Of a stretch of DNA of 64,000 nt, positions 56,720 through 64,000 are shown one piece after another. Numbering within the stretch: the first letter of the stretch is position 1; each line of letters opens with the position of its first letter. Below the pieces are notes generated by a model. It had not been told where the DNA came from. It made no database searches and worked only from the letters and a program-made list of their open reading frames with translations. Location of the stretch: positions 48,028,788-48,092,787 of the forward strand of contig CM120640.1 of the NCBI GenBank assembly GCA_051362555.1. Direction: 5' to 3'. The stretch comes from Lingula anatina. Lineage: Eukaryota; Animalia; Brachiopoda. The translations under genes were made by a program, and so were the position numbers.

Positions 56720-58129
56720 ACCTCTTGTCTTTTAAAGCGAGCAGTGGGTATGACCGACGGAGTTTTTCTTCCATTTTTCGTAAATGCATAGTATATATTC
56801 TAAATATCTATACCATGTGGGAACAGTGTTAAAATTTGGGCAACCATTTCACACCACTCACCGATTATTTCATTGTTTCATCTTGGATACCTTTCGATGT
56901 CTTCATTCTCATTATCTTGCTATGAAACTTTAAAGGCAAAACTTACAGTAAGAAGTTTGTTTATTATGACAAGAACCATACGAACCAATGATAATTTAAA
57001 ACGACTGGATTTGTGTGCATTGCCATTACCCTTCACTAATAATCAATATATAGCGACCTGATAGCTGTTTTAGTAGTGGTTTTACCACAGATTTAACATC
57101 TGGAATGCAGTATACCGCCGAGCATCCATACCATCAATCGATGGATTTCCAGTATTTGCAAATAGGTGTGCACATATCTTGTAATGTTTGTCTTTTAAAG
57201 CAAACTCTTTATTGATTTTATTTCCCCTTGACTAGCATCGTTTCAGAACATTGGCAACAATGTAAATGTGCTTCTATCTATCTTTGTTTCTAAAATTCTT
57301 TACAGGTGTTTGTTTGATATTTCATATCTAAAATCACATTATTTCGTGGGAATTATCGCTGCTGAATATAATCTCTATGAAACTAAACCCAGTAATGACC
57401 ATTTCGGCCGAATGAGTGTTTTTTCAACACCATTTGAAAATAATCAATACAATGCAGACATTGGTTGTAAATGGCTTTTTTATGTTAACAACATTCTGAA
57501 AACATCGCCTTTCCCAAGCTATTAGTGGAATGAATCGATCAACAATAATACACATACTGTCATTAAAATATAAATAATTTTCGACGATTTTAACCCATTT
57601 TGCTCCCTGGTGTTATTCTTAGTACTACCTGATTCTTTTGATAATTTAATAAACTAAGCTTTAACTCAGCATCATACGTTAATTTCAGTTTTGGTTACGA
57701 CCTATTTCTTTTTTAAAAAGTGACCTACAATTTCGTTTAGGAACAAACAAACGAAAGAAATTACAATAAATGGTATATAGAATTCCGTGACTTCTGTGTC
57801 CAATACTTATGCTGCGTGCAACAGACTCTACCTAAGATCAAGATGTAGCCCTGACGTAGAAAACCAAAATAACTCTCGATTTTGGTCTGTTATATCCTGA
57901 GTTGTTTTATCATCAATGTGATCCAAATGCATGTTTGATTCTGCCCAAATACCACTTTGCGTGAGAAGGCGGTAACGCTTATTCCATGCATACCGTCACA
58001 GATAAAATGTCATTGGTAGTGCTTAGGTTTCGTTCTAATGGTTATCCGATTTACGGCTGGATTTTACCTTGTGAGCGATTTAAGCCACATTAATATATGC
58101 GATTTTGCTCCTTAAACAGAGCAATGCAT

Positions 58130-59467
58130 TCATTTAAAAGTTGCTTGCAAACACAATACTAAAAGTATTTGCCAAAGAAACAAAGAAGGCAATATATGAG
58201 CTGCAGCACCCTTTCCCGTATCAAGAACGGGGTTGGTATCAGCTATGTTATATAAAACCTCCTCGGGAGAAGATTTCAAAGTTAAGCCGCCTACTTTGTA
58301 CTTCCAATTATGTCCAGCCAAATGGGTTCCAAGCTCGAACATTGAGGCAGTGATTCTAACAACCATCGGTGATTCCCAAGTCAAGTACAAAACGCCTTGC
58401 TCTGGAGGTCTGGTGATAGCAACGCAGGCACCTGCCTCGCCATTGCAGTGGACCGATTCCACGGAGGCCCACGTTGGTTCGTGGAGAGCTAGTTCCTGCT
58501 TGTAAATGTATGCACCGCACAGCCAGGACTGAGCACCATCCGTGGTCCAACATAACCCACCAGGGCGGTGGACGAAGCTGTTGCTCCCATGGTTGGAGGT
58601 GTATGTTTTTGCTGTTACTACACACTGCTTACCGTTAAGACAGGAGACACTGGTCCAATACGGAAAGGAAAACCAACACAAATCATCATCCTTTTTGCAC
58701 TGAATTAAATCGGACTCAACGGCAGATTTAAAATTGGTGCTACGTTTCCAAGAACTCCCAGCGTCCTGCGAGAAATATATTGTTTTATTAGTTATTACAA
58801 TACACAACTTTCCATTACAAACGATTTGCTTCAAATTTTCAGTTGCGTTCAGGATTCTCTCTGATCGGATCACCGGATTCGAGGTCACTCCCCATTTTTC
58901 CACATGGTATAAAACACCCTCTTTACCAACAGCAAGAATCCTGCCGTCGTAGGTGACTGCTATGTCGTTTAAAGCAACCGTTTCATTCAGTGGTGCATGC
59001 TGTGACAAATTAACGGATTCTATCGAGTTCCACTGTGATTGGAAACGATGCACAAAATATGGCGGTTCCAGTATTGCACAGAACGTAGCATTGACCTTAC
59101 AATCTATTCGACGTCCTGGGCTTTGAAGGGTTGGATTTAGGAGTCGGGTCTCCTGGAGCACCTTAAAGGTCTTAAACGAGTCTTTAGTATGAATGACAGA
59201 GGCATTGATGCAGCATTTCTTGCTTGTTCCAATACGGGTCAACTCAGTAGAGTTGGTGCCTCGGCTGATTGCGTAGCATTCCTCGGAGTTTCTCGTTGGG
59301 CAGACAATATCTTCGAACGCCAAGCAGATGTCAGGACCACGCTCCGAATCAAAACTGCCTGACGAGTTATATACAGCAGAATACTGTATGCCATCGTATA
59401 CTATGAAGAATCCGCCAGAACTGGCAGGGAAACAGAACAGTAACCCAAGTAAAATTGGCAGATTCAT
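58130..59467 (-). CDS. Intronless 445-aa secreted protein with Asp-box (BNR) and V-x-C...C repeats (probable beta-propeller) and a hydrophobic, GPI-signal-like C-terminus
   Basis: Signal peptide MNLPILLGLLFCFPASSG. Asp-box-like motifs SQDAGSSW, TTDGAQSW and TKDSFKTF. Repeats DIVCPTRNSEECYAI, QIVCNGKLCIVI, SVSCLNGKQCVVT and SVHCNGEAGACVAI. Tail TGKGAAAHILPSLFLWQILLVLCL. Confidence 0.82.
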   Translation of the reverse strand: MNLPILLGLLFCFPASSGGFFIVYDGIQYSAVYNSSGSFDSERGPDICLAFEDIVCPTRNSEECYAISRGTNSTELTRIGTSKKCCINASVIHTKDSFKTFKVLQETRLLNPTLQSPGRRIDCKVNATFCAILEPPYFVHRFQSQWNSIESVNLSQHAPLNETVALNDIAVTYDGRILAVGKEGVLYHVEKWGVTSNPVIRSERILNATENLKQIVCNGKLCIVITNKTIYFSQDAGSSWKRSTNFKSAVESDLIQCKKDDDLCWFSFPYWTSVSCLNGKQCVVTAKTYTSNHGSNSFVHRPGGLCWTTDGAQSWLCGAYIYKQELALHEPTWASVESVHCNGEAGACVAITRPPEQGVLYLTWESPMVVRITASMFELGTHLAGHNWKYKVGGLTLKSSPEEVLYNIADTNPVLDTGKGAAAHILPSLFLWQILLVLCLQATFK

Positions 59468-61473
59468 ATTAAACGCTGCGTTTCTCCAAGAGACGGAATC
59501 TCAGATTCTGTGAATTCTGTTGCACGACCGTTTATCCACCACTGACACGGAAAACAAATCGATATACTATGGTGTGCTAGTGCATTTAGCCAGGGGTCTA
59601 TCTGCCCTAGATGCTGCTGAGAACCAGTAGAGTTTTATCGATCGATAGGTTTACATCACCCATATATATATGGAAACTGGCAATACTATGCTCTTTGCAC
59701 CATTCCTTGTTCCGATATTTTATCATTTGCGGGTGGTCTTATGTGGGGTTTTTTCCACTGTAACAAGTAACCAACCTATGAATATGAATAGAATGGTGAT
59801 GGTATTATACTATTAACGGTAATGCTACAGATAGTGTCCCGCTGACTGTAGTCATCCTTCTAAATAGAGCACAGTATTCCAATGTGAAAAATAAAATTTA
59901 TCAGATGAGTGTATTTGTAAAAGAAAACATTTGTAAAGTTTTCAACTCAAACATCATTTGCGCACTTGTGTTTCTAGAAGGGGCGTTCCCTTGAAACTGG
60001 TCATTCATCATAAACTGATCTTTTCTATCATATCATAAGATACAGTTTGTACTTGACGGGGGATACAAAAATAAGACTGGAATACAACATGCATCATTTC
60101 GATGTGAACAAATCAGTTGCTTCCTTATTTGTAAGTGGTGATAAGCATGGGTTTGAAAGAAAGCTCATTTCAAAATGCATTTTATAGAATAATAACTTTC
60201 AATTTCAACCCAGTAGATCAGCGATGAAACTGGACACGATCTGCCCATGGAGTCGTGTTGCTAGAACAGGGAGCGTAGACTATGGAAAGCACACGTTTTT
60301 CTGGAAGGGAATGTTCTTTCCTGTGCCAAAGAGAATGCGTTTGATTAATAAATGCAGTAATACTTACATTTAAGAGCATATTCCTATCCACTGGCAAAAC
60401 TGACGTTAAGATGCTTTTACAATTTAGTTTTAAAAATCATAATTTTTTGCTAAGATGACAAAACAATTTTCTGGCCCTTGAGTTCAATTTTTGCACATGG
60501 TTTTAATTATCTCACCATTGTCACAGACTAGTTCGGAAATCATATGGAAGACATCCAAATTTGTTCTTTAGAGTTAAATCAAGTTGCTATGGTAAGCCAG
60601 AGACCCGAGTAGTTTTTTAAGGCTATTCAACTAAATGCACCAAGGTGAGGGTTACTACATTTGACAAAGAAATTGCAACTGACAGGATGAAAGATGAAAA
60701 TATCTTCATTACTTGGCTTTTATAAACGTACAAATGGCCTCCTCAGATCACAGCACACTTGAATCACAAAATCAAAACATCAACAACGTTATAGGTAAAA
60801 GCTGTTTACTATCTATAGTAGAGATTCTTCTAACCAATTGAGATACTGTAAAATGTCTACAAATGTCACAGATGGTGAAGTAAACTAATATTTAAGATAA
60901 GACATTAAAACGATGTTAAAAACATGTTAGTGTCTGACAGAAGTATTTAAATGTTTACACACTAGGTACTTTCTTTCCTTTAATAAGATGTATTCATTTA
61001 AGTCCAGTTTATCAGAGTTACAACAAAAGTTTCTTCAATGTCCAGATCTTTTATATTTGATAGTCAAATGGCGTTTCCAAGTGAATCTTCCAAAGTTTCT
61101 TTAACTAAAAGCCCTGTCCATACACATTTACTATATTATGTGCAAGGGCAGGCTGAACTTGCACAAGCCTGTATTTATAGAGAAAAGAATATGTATAGTT
61201 TATACAAGTTTCTCTTATCTATGAGGATCATCTGCATGGAATCCACTGGCAGCTTGAGCTTGTTGTAAGGAAGCACTGGAATGGCCAGTTATAAGTGGTA
61301 TGTGGAGGGTGCAGCCAATTGTCAGATACAATACATAACCCACACTGTTCACAGTTTTGTCACTGAAACGAGAATTAAAAATAGTGTCACTCAAGTATTT
61401 TTAACCACTAGAGATAAGAACTGGACAAAACATATGATGTAGAACCATAAATAAGACAGGTTAAAAACATTTC

Positions 61474-61476
<3 letters not shown>

Positions 61477-61516
<40 letters not shown>
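61477..61516. repeat. (TA)n microsatellite
   Basis: Direct reading. Confidence 0.9.
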
Positions 61517-61519
<3 letters not shown>

Positions 61520-62304
61520 TTTTGCAAAGGTTTACATGTTTTAAAATTTCACAATTTCACAACCTTATGTTTGAATAAGAAAACGAGGCAAATCAAGTTG
61601 TAAGAAATTTTCAATTCAAACATCAGAAACATCATCCATGAAATCATCTCTGTGGGCAATATTTCAATAATTTCCACACCTGACACAGGCACAAAAATAC
61701 ACATGCAAAGCATAAAATTACAACAGTATGTCATTAATAAAACCCTGAAATAGAGCAAAAACTGGTGATATGTAAATTAGGTGCTTAAACTATCACTGTT
61801 CAAACCCACACATAGCTGTGAAAAAATGTCATAATACCTAGTCAAAAAAGTCTATCTAGTAACATTTACTGGAAACTCTGTTCTATTAGATGCTGTTAAT
61901 ATCACACTGTGTTCAAATGGGACATTTTGATCAATTCATCAAAAGACATTGAAAAAACATGTATATAAATGCACACATTAAACCAATGCAATCTAGGCAC
62001 GCATTTGAAAAGTGACTGATTCATTCAACACATCAAATCAATGCCATCTATAGAACAAAGCTCTCCATGCATCTTCTCTTTGTAGCCCACGCACTGAAAA
62101 TAATACAAAACAGTGTCAACCGCCACTGAAAAAATAATCATTCATTATAGAATGGAAAAAAAAAACATGAACTGGGTTAATAACAGATAAACTGCTAGGT
62201 CAAACTCCATGCAGAACAACATGAGGTGGAAGATATCAATTTAAAAAAATCACGCTGGCTGTGGAAGAGGTCATGCTGCTTGCCATGCTGTCACTCCTGT
62301 CACC

Positions 62305-62973
62305 TTATTCTTCCTCCTCCTCCTCCTCCTCTTCCTCCTCTTCTTCTTCTTCATGCTGTTCCGGTTCTGGTTCCGGCTCTGGTTCTGGCTCAGGTTCTGG
62401 CTCTTTTGGAGGAGACTTGGCCTTCGGTCTGGGCCGCGACCTAATGTCACTTGGATCTTGTGCCTTCTTCTTTGGATGTTTTTTAGCTAATTTTTCATTA
62501 ATTTTTTTCACTTCACCTTCAGAAGGGAAAAATGTAAATTTATCTGTAGAATTAAAGGCCTTTTTGCGATCTGTGTAAGATCTGCCATCTGTATGTCGCT
62601 CATATTTACTGCAAAGTTGGATCTTGGGCTAAAAATAAAAGATAAGTGAATATCATTAATAGTTTTCACACCATACCTTTGAAAACATCTTCAATTTATC
62701 TGCAAAACTTCTTCGGTCCAAATTTTTCTCATACTTGCTTGCCAAAGGAACTTTGGGCTGCAAAATATTTCAGGGAGAAAACATTGCATGCATTAAAGTT
62801 CACAATTCTATCAAATTTGAACTCGACTTTATAACTTTAATAAGTTTTACCAGAGTTTCAAATCCTTTGTTTAAAAACTGTAATCATTTATGCCCAATTT
62901 CTAATCTGGGGATATTCAATAGATTCACATACTTACCGGGATGCCAGAGTACTTGTCAGCTAATTTATCATGC
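62305..62973 (-). CDS. TnT: Troponin T, 3' coding exons (62973-62937 and 62628-62305); gene continues beyond the window
   Basis: The spliced translation HDKLADKYSGIP|PKIQLCSKYERHTDGRSYTDRKKAF matches the protostome TnT signature (Drosophila PPKIQVASKYERRVDTRSY, recalled from memory). It ends in (PE)n and poly-E. AG/GT ends are canonical and in frame. Confidence 0.9.
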
Positions 62974-63219
62974 CTAGAATAAAGTTATTATATTCAAATT
63001 ATTTTATCTTACATAACCACATTTCATAAACAATGGAACATATGTTATATATTTTCAAAAATTCAAAGCAAATTAAATCTTGCTGACTATTTGATATGTA
63101 ACTGAAGGCTTTTTATATTACACATACATTGTGCTATCAGTCATAGTGAGATTCATAATGGTGTACTTTATATTTAAAAGACAAAATTGACTACAGATGT
63201 TGTCTCTTCTGTCCCACCA

Positions 63220-63222
<3 letters not shown>

Positions 63223-63250
<28 letters not shown>
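63223..63250. repeat. (TG)n microsatellite
   Basis: Direct reading. Confidence 0.9.
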
Positions 63251-63252
<2 letters not shown>

Positions 63253-64000
63253 CATAAATCATATACAACAACAAATGATCCCTGACACTAATGCTACTTC
63301 TGCAACATGCAATGTTATATATAAACTACACAAAGGGCGACTGCAAAGACTGGGCTGTACTGCTGTGCATTCCATGCATTAACAAGTCACACAGACTTCT
63401 GAGGCCTGGGGTGCAAAATGGGAAAACAAATGCTGACAGTGGTACAGAAAATGCAGTCCACTCTAGTTAAAAACACTAGCAGATCTAAGATTTTACAGGG
63501 TGTGGGTATGTGTATGTGTGTGCATGTGGGGGTGGGAGGGGGGTGGGGGTTGGAGTGGGGGACAGATAGCAAGCATGGTCTCACATTTACATTTCTAAAT
63601 ACTATAATACTAGTGGTGAACCAAAATATAAATGACACAAATTCATATTACAATGTCATGCAAACTGAACAGATTTCAATATAGGTTTATCAAGGTATGA
63701 ACTAAGGTTGCTGATGTCAAACACAAGAATGCAAATGTTGCAAGTTTTGGTGGTGAAACTGATGAGCAGAGACATATAGTACAGAAATAATTTTTAGATG
63801 GTGCAGTGTATTTACTCAAAGTGTTTTAGAGTGGTGTATGTGAAAACACAGGAGAAGTAATGAGGAGGGGAGGGGCTGTGATGAGATTGAGGATGAAAAA
63901 CCAGTGGAACACTTTGTTGCAGCAGTGGGGACAGTGCATGCTGAAGGTGGGGTACAAACTAGTTCACAATCCAACTATCTACATTTTTGAGAGGGTCTTT

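Noticed and set aside
62226-62578. Plus-strand Ser/Gly- and Pro-rich ORFs
   Set aside because: Antisense shadows of the troponin T exon.

Overview
AT-rich animal genomic DNA, most likely a protostome/lophotrochozoan (inferred from short GT-AG introns, CpG-depleted gene bodies and a protostome-type troponin T). It holds five genes. (1) The last three exons (+, 627-3906) of a probable receptor, giving a ~930-aa disordered tail with 12 GY[V/M]T repeats and two DSGxxS degrons. (2) A complete laminin alpha-3/5-type (LanA-like) gene (+, 7636-51237, about 72 exons by manual walk-through). (3) A 7-exon secreted alpha/beta-hydrolase (+, 52751-56719). (4) An intronless secreted, possibly GPI-anchored, Asp-box/Cys-repeat beta-propeller gene (-, 58130-59467). 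(5) The 3' exons of troponin T (-, 62305 to at least 62973). Introns carry three PIF/Harbinger-type MITEs, a foldback element with an 8-bp TSD, a hAT-like MITE and a 2.75-kb Helentron-type (HINE) element with a 146-bp satellite array rich in perfect DR1 motifs. The best leads are the tyrosine-repeat receptor tail, a candidate microexon plus alternative acceptor in the laminin LG3 loop, the DR1-loaded HINE, and the CpG-rich two-gene island with bacterial-looking proteins. All splice and family calls were made by eye; no database searches were run.
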